From an uncultured Anaerolineales bacterium (GTDB lineage: Bacteria > Chloroflexota > Anaerolineae > B4-G1 > SLSP01), in assembly GCA_964496595.1 (NCBI GenBank), contig CAZCAI010000002.1, positions 3,782 through 67,781 on the forward strand: a stretch of DNA of 64,000 nucleotides, written 5' to 3'. The notes under the pieces were generated by a model. That model saw nothing but the letters and a program-made list of their open reading frames with translations, did not search any database and had not been told where the DNA came from. This document shows positions 47,436-57,508 of the stretch, in pieces (the stretch's first letter is position 1; each line of letters starts with the position of its first letter). The translations under genes and the position numbers were made by a program.

Positions 47436-50207
47436 ATGAGTGCATGGCATACAATGACACGCGAGCATGCCCTGGAGAAGCTCAACGCCGTTCCCGAGGG
47501 GCTATCCTCAGATGAAGTTGAGGAGCGTTTGGCCCAGTATGGGTCTAACGAACTGGAGGAACGAGGATTACGCAGCCCGTGGAAGGTGCTGATAGGACAA
47601 TTTACAGAGATCATGGTCGTGGTGCTGCTTATTGCCGCGGGGATTTCCCTGGCTATGAGCCATACCACTGATGCGATTGTGATCCTCATCATCGTGATCC
47701 TCAATGCAATCCTCGGCTTCACGCAGGAGTACCGCGCCGAGCGGGCGATGGCCGCGCTTAAGGAGATGTCAGTTCCCACAGTTCGGGTCCGCCGCGATGG
47801 GCAGATTCGGGAGGTCGAGGCTACCAGCCTCGTGCCGGGGGACATTATTCTGCTGGAAGCCGGGGACCGGATCCCCGCCGACGCTCGCGTTATCGAGTCG
47901 GTTAACTTACGAATCGAGGAAGCGGCGCTGACCGGAGAATCCGTGCCGGTAAGCAAATCGGAGGCTCCGTTTGAGGACGAAGGCCTACCTCTCGGAGATC
48001 GCCGCAATATGGTCTTTATGGGCACGGCCGTTACCTATGGGCGCGGCACTGCGCTCGTCGTCGAGACGGGCATGGAGACAGAGCTGGGCAACATCGCCGA
48101 CATGCTCCAACAGGTCTCGGAGGAGCGGACGCCACTGCAACGCAAGATGGCAGAGCTGGGCAAATGGCTGGCGATTGCTTCCATCGTTTTAGTCAGCATC
48201 GTCTTTGCCGTCGGCGTCTGGCAGGGCGGCAGCATCGGCGAAATGTTCCTGACCGCCGTCAGTCTCGCCGTGGCCGCAGTTCCAGAAGGCCTACCGGCGG
48301 TAGTTACCATCGCTCTGGCTCTGGGCGCGCAGCGTATGGTCAGGCGTCAAGCCCTCATTCGCAAGCTGCCCGCTGTGGAGACCTTAGGCTCAGTAACGAC
48401 CATCTGTTCAGATAAGACGGGCACGCTGACCGAAAACCGCATGACGGTGACGGTTCTGGATGTGGCGGGGAAGACTCTGAATCTCACCACCCATCTGAAG
48501 CACACCGGTGCGACCCTCTCACCTGACGACGAGCCGATTGTCGAACCTGATCCCCAGATCGCCCTGTTGTTGGCCGGCGGCGCGATGTGTAACGATGCCA
48601 GTCTTGAACCTGTGGATGACAAACCCAACGCTTACGAAGCCCTGGGCGACCCCACAGAAGGGGCAATCGTCGTCGCCGCAGCCCGATTGGGAATGTGGAA
48701 GGCCGAGATGGAAAAGCTTATGCCGCGGGTCGCCGAGGTGCCCTTCACCTCAGAGCGCAAGCGAATGACGACGGTCCATCGCGCACCCCAGACATCCGAA
48801 CTCTCCGGTAACAGTCAATTGAGCTACCTGCCGGCAGACATCCCGAAGAGCGGCTATGTACTCTTCACCAAGGGCGCGGTCGACCAGATGCTGGGTATTT
48901 GCGACCGCGTCTGGAACGAAGGGGAGATCGAGCCATTGGACGAGACGTGGCGCTCCCGCATCGAGCAGGCTAACAATGAATTGGCCCAGGACGGGATGCG
49001 CGTCTTAGGCGTGACAATGCGCCACCTGGACGAGGCGCCTGATCAAGCTGATGAAGAGGCCATCGAGGCTGAGGAAATATTCATTGGTCTTATCGGCATG
49101 ATCGATCCCCCACGTTCCGAGGTGCGCGACGCGGTGGCTGAATGCCGCACCGCCGGCATCCGCCCGGTGATGATCACTGGCGATCATCCCCTAACGGCGC
49201 TCCATATCGCCCGCGATTTGGGCATCGTCCAGGCCGGTGAAGAGGACGATCACCACGTAATCACAGGCAAACAACTGGCCAAGATGTCAGTCGCAGATTT
49301 GGAGGAACACGTCCGCGAGATTTCAGTCTATGCCCGCGTCAGCCCGGAGCACAAGGTCAAGATCGTGGAAGCCTTGAAGGATCAAGGCGAAATCGTAGCG
49401 ATGACCGGGGATGGGGTCAACGACGCCCCGGCCCTCAAGCGCGCCGACATCGGCGTCGCGATGGGCATCACGGGCACGGACGTGAGCAAAGAGGCCGCTG
49501 ATATGGTGCTGTTAGACGACAATTTCGCGACCATCGTCCATGCCGTTGAAGAGGGGCGCACCATCTACGAGAACATCCGCAAGTTCGTCAAGTACACGAT
49601 GTCCAGCAACATCGGAGAGATTCTGGTGATGCTGGTGGCGCCGTTGGCCGGTCTCCCCATCCCGCTGAATGCGATCCAAATCCTGTGGATCAACCTGGTG
49701 ACCGACGGCTTGCCGGGTCTGGCGCTAAGTGTAGAGCCTGCTGCGCCTGATACGATGCAACGCCCCCCGCACGCGCCCAACGAAAGCGTGCTGGCGCGCG
49801 GGCTGGGAACGTACATGTTATGGGTAGGGCCTCTGATGGGCCTCGTTGCCCTCCTTCCCGAGTTCTTAGCGGCGGCGGGCTTGGGTGGCATGACGCTAGA
49901 AGGCGAAGCGTTCCATACGGTGGTCTTTACGACGCTGGCGCTGGCGCAGATGGGGAATGCCTTAGCCATCCGCTCCGACCGCCTCATGCTGATGCAACTT
50001 GGCCTCTTTACGAACCCCTTCCTGCTAGGCTCCGTAGCCCTGACCTTCCTGCTGCAAATGGCCGTCGTCTATGTGCCCTTCCTGCAGAACATCTTCGATA
50101 CTGTCCCCCTCAGCTTGGAGCAACTCTTAATCAGCCTGGGCTTCAGCACTATCGTCTTCATCGTTGTTGAAGTGGTGAAGTGGATCCGGCAGCAGATCGA
50201 AAAGTGA
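47436..50207 (+). CDS. Cation-transporting P-type ATPase, P2A (Ca2+/Mn2+, PacL/YoaB-like)
   Basis: [64 protein letters not shown]. Confidence 0.95.
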   Translation: MSAWHTMTREHALEKLNAVPEGLSSDEVEERLAQYGSNELEERGLRSPWKVLIGQFTEIMVVVLLIAAGISLAMSHTTDAIVILIIVILNAILGFTQEYRAERAMAALKEMSVPTVRVRRDGQIREVEATSLVPGDIILLEAGDRIPADARVIESVNLRIEEAALTGESVPVSKSEAPFEDEGLPLGDRRNMVFMGTAVTYGRGTALVVETGMETELGNIADMLQQVSEERTPLQRKMAELGKWLAIASIVLVSIVFAVGVWQGGSIGEMFLTAVSLAVAAVPEGLPAVVTIALALGAQRMVRRQALIRKLPAVETLGSVTTICSDKTGTLTENRMTVTVLDVAGKTLNLTTHLKHTGATLSPDDEPIVEPDPQIALLLAGGAMCNDASLEPVDDKPNAYEALGDPTEGAIVVAAARLGMWKAEMEKLMPRVAEVPFTSERKRMTTVHRAPQTSELSGNSQLSYLPADIPKSGYVLFTKGAVDQMLGICDRVWNEGEIEPLDETWRSRIEQANNELAQDGMRVLGVTMRHLDEAPDQADEEAIEAEEIFIGLIGMIDPPRSEVRDAVAECRTAGIRPVMITGDHPLTALHIARDLGIVQAGEEDDHHVITGKQLAKMSVADLEEHVREISVYARVSPEHKVKIVEALKDQGEIVAMTGDGVNDAPALKRADIGVAMGITGTDVSKEAADMVLLDDNFATIVHAVEEGRTIYENIRKFVKYTMSSNIGEILVMLVAPLAGLPIPLNAIQILWINLVTDGLPGLALSVEPAAPDTMQRPPHAPNESVLARGLGTYMLWVGPLMGLVALLPEFLAAAGLGGMTLEGEAFHTVVFTTLALAQMGNALAIRSDRLMLMQLGLFTNPFLLGSVALTFLLQMAVVYVPFLQNIFDTVPLSLEQLLISLGFSTIVFIVVEVVKWIRQQIEK

Positions 50208-50294
50208 GCGCCGTCTACGACGAACCGTTGAGTCCCAGCCGCCAGAGCTCCAATCCCGGCGGCTGGACTCAACCGACGTACTTGAGATGGCGTC
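50208..50294. other. Extended stem-loop in the ATPase-permease spacer
   Basis: Inner stem TTGAGTC(C)CAGCCGCC/GGCGGCTGGACTCAA inside outer GCGCCGTCT/AGATGGCGT. Confidence 0.5.
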
Positions 50295-50337
50295 AAGGTC
50301 GCGCGTTTTGTGGAGAGTTACTTGTGTTTAAGGAAAT

Positions 50338-52698
50338 ATGATGAATATGATGAACGAACGTCATTTAAGGCGTGAACTCAATCTCCCTCAGGTGCTTATG
50401 TTGGGCACAGCGGGCACGATTGCCGCAGAGATCTTTGTCCTCACCGGCCACGCGGCCGGAAAGGCCGGGCCTGCCAGCGTGCTCGTCCTGCTCTTAGTAG
50501 GTCTGTTGAGTAGCGCCTTTGCCCTGAACTACGCGGAACTGGCCACCACGTATCCCGTGGCAGGAGGGGCGCTCACCTACGTGCGTCGAGCCTACGGCAA
50601 CGGATTGCGCGCCTTTCTCGTAGGCTCGATGGACAGCCTGTCCAGCGCCTTCTACGCGGCGCTCTCTGCCGTGGGTTTCGCTTACTCACTGAGAATCTTT
50701 TTGCCCTTTATCCCTATCGTTCCGACAGCGCTGATGGTCGTGCTGGCTTTCACGATATTGCATCTGTTTGGCGTGAGCAACGTAGGCCGTGCGCAGATGA
50801 TCCTGGGCGGTATCTTGCTCACACTGCTAGGAATCTACGTGGTAGCCGGGCTGATACTGCCCCATGGTTTCAGCTGGGAGCGGTTTGCGCCGGGGGGTGA
50901 GGTTTTCGTCTACGACGGTATCGGCGCCAATATTGCGATGATGTTGGGCACCATGGCCCTTATCTTTAACGCCTTCGTTGGCTTTGAACTCATCGCCGAC
51001 GACGCCGAGGAGGTGTCGAATCCTTCCCGCAATATACCCATCGCACTATTGGGCAGTCTGGCTGTCATCACGCTCATTTACACCGTGGTTACGCTGGTTA
51101 CCCTGGGCACAGTACCGTGGCAGGAGCTGGCGGGCTCGGAGGCAGCCCTGACCCAAGCCGTCACGCGATTCCTACCAGGTGTCGGCCCGGTACTCATCGG
51201 CATCGCCGGCATCATCGCCACTCTGACGAGCATCAATACGGCGATGTTGAGCGCCACACGTGAGGCAATGACCTTGAGCCGGCTGGGACTGTGGCCCAAA
51301 GCTATGGCGCGTCTGGGCCGGCTGCGCACCCCTTACGTCGCCATCCTCCTCATCGGCGCCGTGGTCGGTCTTGTGTCGGCCTTAGGGGTGGTCACTTTAC
51401 TGGGCTACATCTCCAGTTCGGGCTATCTGTTCGTTATGTTTTGGTCCGGTTTGGCCATGGTTCGGCTCCGTCGGCTGGAGCCGGATGTCGAGCGCCCTTT
51501 CCATGCGCCTCTTTTTCCGATCACGGCCTACGTTCAGGTCGGTACCTGCGTCGTGGTCATTGCCTTTACTGCGCCGCAAGCGCTCGCCTTTGGCGGCGCC
51601 GTGCTCCTTATCCTCACTGCCATCTACTATATGCGGCGGCCCCTTGCGGCCGCCGCGAGCGGGCGCACCGCGGCGGCGGAGCGAGCCCGCGATCGTCTGT
51701 TGGTGGCTGTAGCTAACCCCAGCACGGCGGACAGCCTGGCGCGTCTCGCAGCCAATCTTTCGGAGGAACAAGCCGGCAGTCTCATGGAGATTCTGGCCGT
51801 CGCCCCGATGAATGGGCAGAATTGTGCCCCAGGCGCCTTGGAACGCGAGTGCACTCAAACTCAAAGGGCCCTGCTGAGCCAGGTAGCCAAGGCAATGGCG
51901 GATCGCAATGTGCCCTTCTACACCGAGGTCCGCACAGCGGACGACGTGGTCGGCGGCATCCTCGAAGAGATCAGTTATCGTGACGACATCCGGCTCCTGC
52001 TGATGGGATGGCCGGGGCGACTGGACCTTGCGGCGCAGCAGGAACACCCTGTCGCGCGCTTGCTGAGGGAGTGCCCTGTGGATATGGCTGTCTATCTCAA
52101 CCGCAGCATCGTCGAGCACCCCCGGCGCGTGCTGGTGCCTTTTGGCGGCGGCGTCCATGCCCGCCTGGCGCTGAGACTCGCCGCTCAGTTGGTCGCGCCG
52201 CAGGGAGGTGAAGTAGTAGCGCTTCGCTTCCTCGAGACGCTCGCAGGGGAGATCCCTGTGGAAGAGGCGGTGATCGAGGGCAACGAGATGGTGGACGTGG
52301 TTGGCGAGGGATTGCCAGATGGCGACGATGAGCTGCATGACGAGTTGATGTTGGCTTACGAGGAGATCGAGGCCGGTCTCGGTTACGTGCCCGACAACGT
52401 GAGCGTGAAGGTTGTGGTTGACACAGACATCGCTCAAGGCACACGGGAGGAGTTGATGACAGGGGATTATGACCTGGTCGTCATCGGGGCGGCCCTGGCC
52501 TACGCCATGGAATCGGATCTGTTTGGCTCGTTGCCCACAGCGGTGGCGGAGTCGGCGCCCACCTCGGTACTCTTGGTACGGCGGTACGAACCGGAACCGG
52601 TGACCTGGATGCGGCGGCATGTCAAGGAAATCGTTGAGACCCACCGGAAAACCAATCGTGATACGGAGACGTTTGTAAACACAAAGCTAGCTACCTGA
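50338..52698 (+). CDS. APC-family permease fused to tandem USP domains, paralogue 1
   Basis: GTAGTIAAEIF, YAELATTYPVAGGA, FVGFELIADDAEEV, ATREA, VERPFHAP; C-terminal LLVAVANP, RVLVPFGGGVHA, TSVLLVR. Confidence 0.88.
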   Translation: MMNMMNERHLRRELNLPQVLMLGTAGTIAAEIFVLTGHAAGKAGPASVLVLLLVGLLSSAFALNYAELATTYPVAGGALTYVRRAYGNGLRAFLVGSMDSLSSAFYAALSAVGFAYSLRIFLPFIPIVPTALMVVLAFTILHLFGVSNVGRAQMILGGILLTLLGIYVVAGLILPHGFSWERFAPGGEVFVYDGIGANIAMMLGTMALIFNAFVGFELIADDAEEVSNPSRNIPIALLGSLAVITLIYTVVTLVTLGTVPWQELAGSEAALTQAVTRFLPGVGPVLIGIAGIIATLTSINTAMLSATREAMTLSRLGLWPKAMARLGRLRTPYVAILLIGAVVGLVSALGVVTLLGYISSSGYLFVMFWSGLAMVRLRRLEPDVERPFHAPLFPITAYVQVGTCVVVIAFTAPQALAFGGAVLLILTAIYYMRRPLAAAASGRTAAAERARDRLLVAVANPSTADSLARLAANLSEEQAGSLMEILAVAPMNGQNCAPGALERECTQTQRALLSQVAKAMADRNVPFYTEVRTADDVVGGILEEISYRDDIRLLLMGWPGRLDLAAQQEHPVARLLRECPVDMAVYLNRSIVEHPRRVLVPFGGGVHARLALRLAAQLVAPQGGEVVALRFLETLAGEIPVEEAVIEGNEMVDVVGEGLPDGDDELHDELMLAYEEIEAGLGYVPDNVSVKVVVDTDIAQGTREELMTGDYDLVVIGAALAYAMESDLFGSLPTAVAESAPTSVLLVRRYEPEPVTWMRRHVKEIVETHRKTNRDTETFVNTKLAT

Positions 52699-52712
52699 CA
52701 CTTTCATATCTA

Positions 52713-52812
52713 AACCTCCCGCAGGCTTGGATTTGCCTCGTGATAAGCATGATGGGTACTTTTAGAGGCTTTTTTCGGTCAATTGTGCTCAACCTTCAAC
52801 CTGCGGGAGGTT
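52713..52812. repeat. REP-like inverted doublet AACCTCCCGCAGGCT / AACCTGCGGGAGGTT
   Basis: Near reverse-complement pair about 70 bp apart between the two APC paralogues. Confidence 0.55.
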
Positions 52813-52855
52813 GGCAAACTGTCGGGTGGCTAGAACACAAAGGAGACTTAACTTA

Positions 52856-55153
52856 ATGAATATGGTACGTCGACTGGAGAGAGAGCTTGGATTGGGGCAT
52901 ACCATTATGTTGGGGACGGCGGGAACAATCGCGGCGTCGATCTTTGTGTTGACAGGTCCGGTGGCAGAGCGCATGGGGCCGGCCAGTGTGGTTATGCTTC
53001 TGCTTCTGGGTATCCTCAACATCAGCGTAGCTCTCAACTTCTCTGAACTCAGCACAACCTATCCTGTGACCGGTGGAGCCTTGACCTATGTCAGAGAGGC
53101 TTATAGCGCGGGATTATTGGCCTTTCTGGTCGGCTCGCTGGATTGTCTGTCGGGCACCTTTTATGGCGCTCTTTCAGCCATTGGCTTTGCGTACTCCCTT
53201 GAGGTTATCTTGCCATGGATTCCCATCGTCCCCACAGCTCTCGCGGTCATCGCGCTGTTTACCGTCCTGAATGTGCTGGGCACCAACTATGTAGGCCGGG
53301 CTCAACTGCTGCTCGGCGGTGTATTGATAGCGATGCTGATTGGCTATATCGTGGTGGGCTTCCTAAGCCCCACCGGCTTCTCATGGAATACTTACATACC
53401 CACAGACGACTTTTTCATCCACGACGGGTTTAGCGCTAATATCCTGGCCTTGTTCGGAGCATTTGCGCTCATCTTCAATGCATTCGTTGGCTTCGATATC
53501 ATCGCGGACGACGCTGAGGAGGTCATCAATCCTAACCGCAATCTTCCCATCGCCATACTCACCAGCCTGGGCCTGGTTACCGTCATTTACGTGGGCGTCA
53601 CACTGGTCACGCTGGGCACAGTCCCGTGGTTTGAATTGGCCGGTTCAAACCAGGCCTTGAGTACGGCGGCGGACAAATTCCTACCGCGCTGGGGGGCGCC
53701 GCTTATCGCATTCACCGGCATCATCGCCACGTTGACCAGCGCTAACACCGCCATCCTGGCTGCCACCCATGAGTCGCTATCGCTGGCCCGCGATGGCTTG
53801 TGGCCACGCTTTATGAGCCGCCTGGGGCGCATGCGCACGCCCTACGCCGCCGCCCTATCGATGGGGGCCATTGCAGCCGTTATGTCCACGATAGGCGTGG
53901 TTGAGTTCTTAAGTTACATTTCCAGTACCGGGTACCTCTTTGTTACTTTCTGGGCCAGCGTTGCCATGCTCCGCCTCCACAAACTCTATCCCAACATCGA
54001 GCGACCTTTCAAGGCGCCGTTTTTCCCATTGACGCCCTACCTTGCAATGGCTACAAGCGTGATCGCCACCGCCTTCGCCTCACCGGTGGCGCTGGCATTT
54101 CTCGGCGGCTTGCTCATCGTCTTAACCGCCGCTTATTTTCTACGCTCCCCCCTTGCAACGATGGCCCGAGAGCGCGCCACAGCGGCAGAAAAAGCCCGCG
54201 ACCGTCTATTGGTGGCCGTGGCTAACCCCAGTACAGCAGATGGTCTGGCGCGTCTCGCGGCCAATCTTTCGGAGGAACAAGTCGGCAGCCCGATGGAACT
54301 CCTGGCCGTAGTTCCATCCTCAACACAAGCCGATCAGGCGCAGCGCTTCACCGAAATTCAGAGCACCCTGCTGGACAAGGTGTCCGAGTCACTGCAAGGC
54401 CGCAACGTACCCTTCTACACCGAGGTCCGCACAGCAGACAACGTGGTCAGCGGCATTCTCCAAGAGATCAATTATCGTGACAACATCCGGCTCTTGCTGA
54501 TGGGATGGCCGGGGCGACTGGACCATGAGGCGCGGCAAGAAAACCCTGTCGCGCGCTTGCTGAGGGAGTCCCCGGTGGATATGGCCGTCTATCTCAACCG
54601 TTGCACCGTCGAACGCCCCCGGCGCATTCTGGTGCCCTTCGGCGGCGGCGTCCATGCCCGCCTGGCGCTGAAACTCGCCGCCAAGCTGGTGACGCCGCAG
54701 GGAGGTGAAGTAGTAGCGCTTCGCTTCCTCGATACGCTCGAAGAGGATATCCCTGCGGAAGAGGCGGTGATCGAGGACGACGAGATGGTGGACGTGGCCC
54801 TTGCAGAGCTATCGGATGAACACAGCGAGCTACACGACGAGCTGATGTTGGCTTATGAGGAGATCGAGGCTGGCTTTAGACTCGTGCCTGACAACGTGAG
54901 CGTGAAGGTCGTGGCCGGTACAGACATCGCTCAAGGTACGCGGGAGGAGTTAATGACGGGGGATTATGACCTGGTCGTCATCGGGGCGGCCCTGGCCCAC
55001 ACGATAGAGTCGGATCTGTTTGGCTCGTTAACCATAGCGGTGGCCGAGTCGGCGCCCACCTCGGTGCTCTTGGTGCGGCGGTACGAACCGGAACCGGTGA
55101 CCTGGATGCGGCGGCAGGTCAAGGAAATCGTTGAACCTGCCGACGAAAAATAA
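52856..55153 (+). CDS. APC-family permease fused to tandem USP domains, paralogue 2
   Basis: Same motifs as 50338-52698; AAGGAG RBS before ATG 52856 (or 52862). Confidence 0.88.
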   Translation: MNMVRRLERELGLGHTIMLGTAGTIAASIFVLTGPVAERMGPASVVMLLLLGILNISVALNFSELSTTYPVTGGALTYVREAYSAGLLAFLVGSLDCLSGTFYGALSAIGFAYSLEVILPWIPIVPTALAVIALFTVLNVLGTNYVGRAQLLLGGVLIAMLIGYIVVGFLSPTGFSWNTYIPTDDFFIHDGFSANILALFGAFALIFNAFVGFDIIADDAEEVINPNRNLPIAILTSLGLVTVIYVGVTLVTLGTVPWFELAGSNQALSTAADKFLPRWGAPLIAFTGIIATLTSANTAILAATHESLSLARDGLWPRFMSRLGRMRTPYAAALSMGAIAAVMSTIGVVEFLSYISSTGYLFVTFWASVAMLRLHKLYPNIERPFKAPFFPLTPYLAMATSVIATAFASPVALAFLGGLLIVLTAAYFLRSPLATMARERATAAEKARDRLLVAVANPSTADGLARLAANLSEEQVGSPMELLAVVPSSTQADQAQRFTEIQSTLLDKVSESLQGRNVPFYTEVRTADNVVSGILQEINYRDNIRLLLMGWPGRLDHEARQENPVARLLRESPVDMAVYLNRCTVERPRRILVPFGGGVHARLALKLAAKLVTPQGGEVVALRFLDTLEEDIPAEEAVIEDDEMVDVALAELSDEHSELHDELMLAYEEIEAGFRLVPDNVSVKVVAGTDIAQGTREELMTGDYDLVVIGAALAHTIESDLFGSLTIAVAESAPTSVLLVRRYEPEPVTWMRRQVKEIVEPADEK

Positions 55154-55354
55154 TCACAAGACAAAAGCCGCCTAAAACAGAGCCGTCTAAATAAGTAGAC
55201 GCGCGATTGGGAAGACGGAAAGCCTTAACAAATCCACCAACTTTTCCACGCTGGCGACCTTTGATGTGCTCAAAAGCTGATCGCGGAGCTGCACAAAGCC
55301 ATCGTGCAGCGGATAGACTGAATAATGTAGAAACCACTCGCATTCGAGCCTATC

Positions 55355-55390
55355 AACGGGTGATGCCGCTACCGGTATCACCCGTTTTTT
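55355..55390 (+). terminator. Intrinsic terminator
   Basis: AACGGGTGATGCCG-CTAC-CGGTATCACCCGTT-TTTT. Confidence 0.75.
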
Positions 55391-55515
55391 CGACTCGCAT
55401 CACGACGCTGGTTGCCAGGCGAGGTTGTCTATTTGAGCAAGAAGTTATACACTGGGATCAAGTTGAAAGCCCACGCGCCCTTACAAATAAAAACCCACAA
55501 GGAATTAGAGAAACT

Positions 55516-56442
55516 ATGAACATCACAGATAATTTGGAAAAGCGACGCCTCTATCTGTACCTGGCGATCTCCTTTGGCATCGCCTGGGCGACCTTCCTGG
55601 CGATCTATCTCACCGGCGGCCTGGTCGATAGCCCGCTGGTCTTTCCCGAGGCCAACATCTCGCTCGCGTTGCTCCTGATGGCCGGGCCGGTGATGTCCGC
55701 GCCGGCGATTGCGCACCTGCTGACGCGCATCATCACCCGCGAGGGCTGGGGCGACGCGCGCTTACGGCCCCGCCCTTCGCGCAACTGGCTTTATTGGGCC
55801 ATCGCCTGGTTCGCGCCGGGGATTCTGTCCATCTTGGGGGCAGCACTTTTCTTCTGGCTCTACCCCCGTTATTATGACCCCTCGCTCTCCATGCTGCAGC
55901 AGATGCTTGAGGAGAGCGCCGTCAACGTCGAGGCGACCAATCTCTGGTACTTGATCGGCGCGCAGATTTTCCAGGCCATCATGATCGCACCCGTGCTCAA
56001 CAGCCTGGCCACCTTCGGCGAGGAGTTCGGCTGGCGCGCCTATCTCCAGCCCAAGCTGATGCCCCTGGGCCGGCGCCGCGCCTACCTGCTGACCGGCGTC
56101 ATCTGGGGCGTCTGGCATTGGCCGGCCATCGCGATGGGCCACAACTACGGCTTCGACTATCCCGGCGCGCCCATCACGGGAATCTTGATGATGATTTGGT
56201 TCTGCGTCACGCTGGGAGTGCTGTTCGGGTGGCTCGCCGATCAAGCCAAAAGCGTGTGGCCGGCCGTCATCGGCCACGGCGCCATCAATGGGATCGCGGG
56301 CCTGGGCGTGTTGTTCGTGCAAGGCCAACCCAACCCCCTCCTGGGGCCGATGCCCGTAGGCTTCATCGGAAATCTGGGCTTCACCATCGTCGCCTTAGTC
56401 CTGTTCTTCCTCGTCATTCCGCGCGAGCATGCGCCCTCGTGA
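55516..56442 (+). CDS. CPBP family intramembrane glutamic endopeptidase (CAAX protease/Abi-like)
   Basis: FGEEFGWRAYL, WGVWHW, IGHGAING motifs; multiple TM helices. Confidence 0.9.
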   Translation: MNITDNLEKRRLYLYLAISFGIAWATFLAIYLTGGLVDSPLVFPEANISLALLLMAGPVMSAPAIAHLLTRIITREGWGDARLRPRPSRNWLYWAIAWFAPGILSILGAALFFWLYPRYYDPSLSMLQQMLEESAVNVEATNLWYLIGAQIFQAIMIAPVLNSLATFGEEFGWRAYLQPKLMPLGRRRAYLLTGVIWGVWHWPAIAMGHNYGFDYPGAPITGILMMIWFCVTLGVLFGWLADQAKSVWPAVIGHGAINGIAGLGVLFVQGQPNPLLGPMPVGFIGNLGFTIVALVLFFLVIPREHAPS

Positions 56443-56497
56443 GGCCTATGTCCATCGAGGCCCCGGGCCTTTCAATTGCGCCAAGATAGAGTAAGAT

Positions 56498-57352
56498 ATG
56501 GGTATGGAAGATGCAAGACATATCACAGAAACGAATTTATACGCCGGATTTGGCAAGATCACCCGCCCGGTGCTCAAGTTCTGGAAGAATCACATCGTCA
56601 AGATCGGCGCGCGCCGTAAAACCGACTCGGCCTTAGCGAAGATCAACCGGGATCTACGGACGCACAACGTGGTGATCTTCTTCGATCATCACTACGCCTT
56701 CGACGCGCTGCCGGCCGCCTTGACGTTAGGCCACGCGCTCGATAACATCACAGCGGCGCTCATCCCCTACGCCGTGCATCTGGATATGGGGGTCGATCGG
56801 GAAGGGCTGCCCTCCAAGCGCTATCGCATCCGCACCAAGGCCTTCCAATGGCTGACGAGGAACATCCACAAGAGCAACCACGACGTGCGATTTTTGCCGG
56901 TCGCGCGGGAGTTCGAGATGGAAACGCCCCGACTCCGCGCCATCGTCGATGATAAGTTCCCCGGCGCCAACCTCCAATATCTCAAGGCGCTAGTGCAATT
57001 CTTCGATCCTCAACAGGTGGGGCGGGTCTGCATCCTCTCCCCCATGGCCGGGCTGGCGCTGCCGGGTAAACCGGCTTTGCACCCGCAGCTCTACAAATCG
57101 ATGAAGCTGGTGCAGACGCGCTGGGATCAGATGCTGCCCTTCTATCTGGTGGGCGCCTACACGCGCTTGAAGAAGGACTTTCACTACTTCGCCCCGCTAC
57201 TGACGAAACATACCTTCGTCGCCGAGGGGCCATTCACCCTACCCACCGACGGCTACGAACCCGCCTCGCAGGTGATCGCGCAGCATCTAGAAAGGCTGCG
57301 ATCGGCGGCCAACTTCATCCCCCCGGATTACAGTCGCGTCAGCCGTAAATAA
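56498..57352 (+). CDS. Hypothetical protein, possibly a divergent lysophospholipid-acyltransferase fold
   Basis: Clean ORF; VVIFFDHHYAFD gives HX4D after a beta strand; FLPVARE and ILSP motifs resemble PlsC blocks. Confidence 0.5.
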   Translation: MGMEDARHITETNLYAGFGKITRPVLKFWKNHIVKIGARRKTDSALAKINRDLRTHNVVIFFDHHYAFDALPAALTLGHALDNITAALIPYAVHLDMGVDREGLPSKRYRIRTKAFQWLTRNIHKSNHDVRFLPVAREFEMETPRLRAIVDDKFPGANLQYLKALVQFFDPQQVGRVCILSPMAGLALPGKPALHPQLYKSMKLVQTRWDQMLPFYLVGAYTRLKKDFHYFAPLLTKHTFVAEGPFTLPTDGYEPASQVIAQHLERLRSAANFIPPDYSRVSRK

Positions 57353-57354
57353 CC

Positions 57355-57384
57355 AGGCCCCCAGCGCTTAGCTGGGGGCTTTTT
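57355..57384 (+). terminator. Intrinsic terminator
   Basis: AGGCCCCCAGC-GCTTA-GCTGGGGGCT-TTTT. Confidence 0.75.
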
Positions 57385-57508
57385 GTAACGTACATTTGTA
57401 ATTATCTTCGATCCGATTGGCTTATGTTCAATGTCTGCGCCAGAGCGCTTTGTAGCCCGCACAATGCGGGAGAAAGCCCTCTGGCGCGTTTTTGTTTGGA
57501 TGCAAATC

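Noticed and set aside
55178-55343. Possible IS5-like end GAGCCGTCTAAATAAGT with a short minus-strand ORF
   Set aside because: No partner inverted repeat, target duplication or DDE motif found
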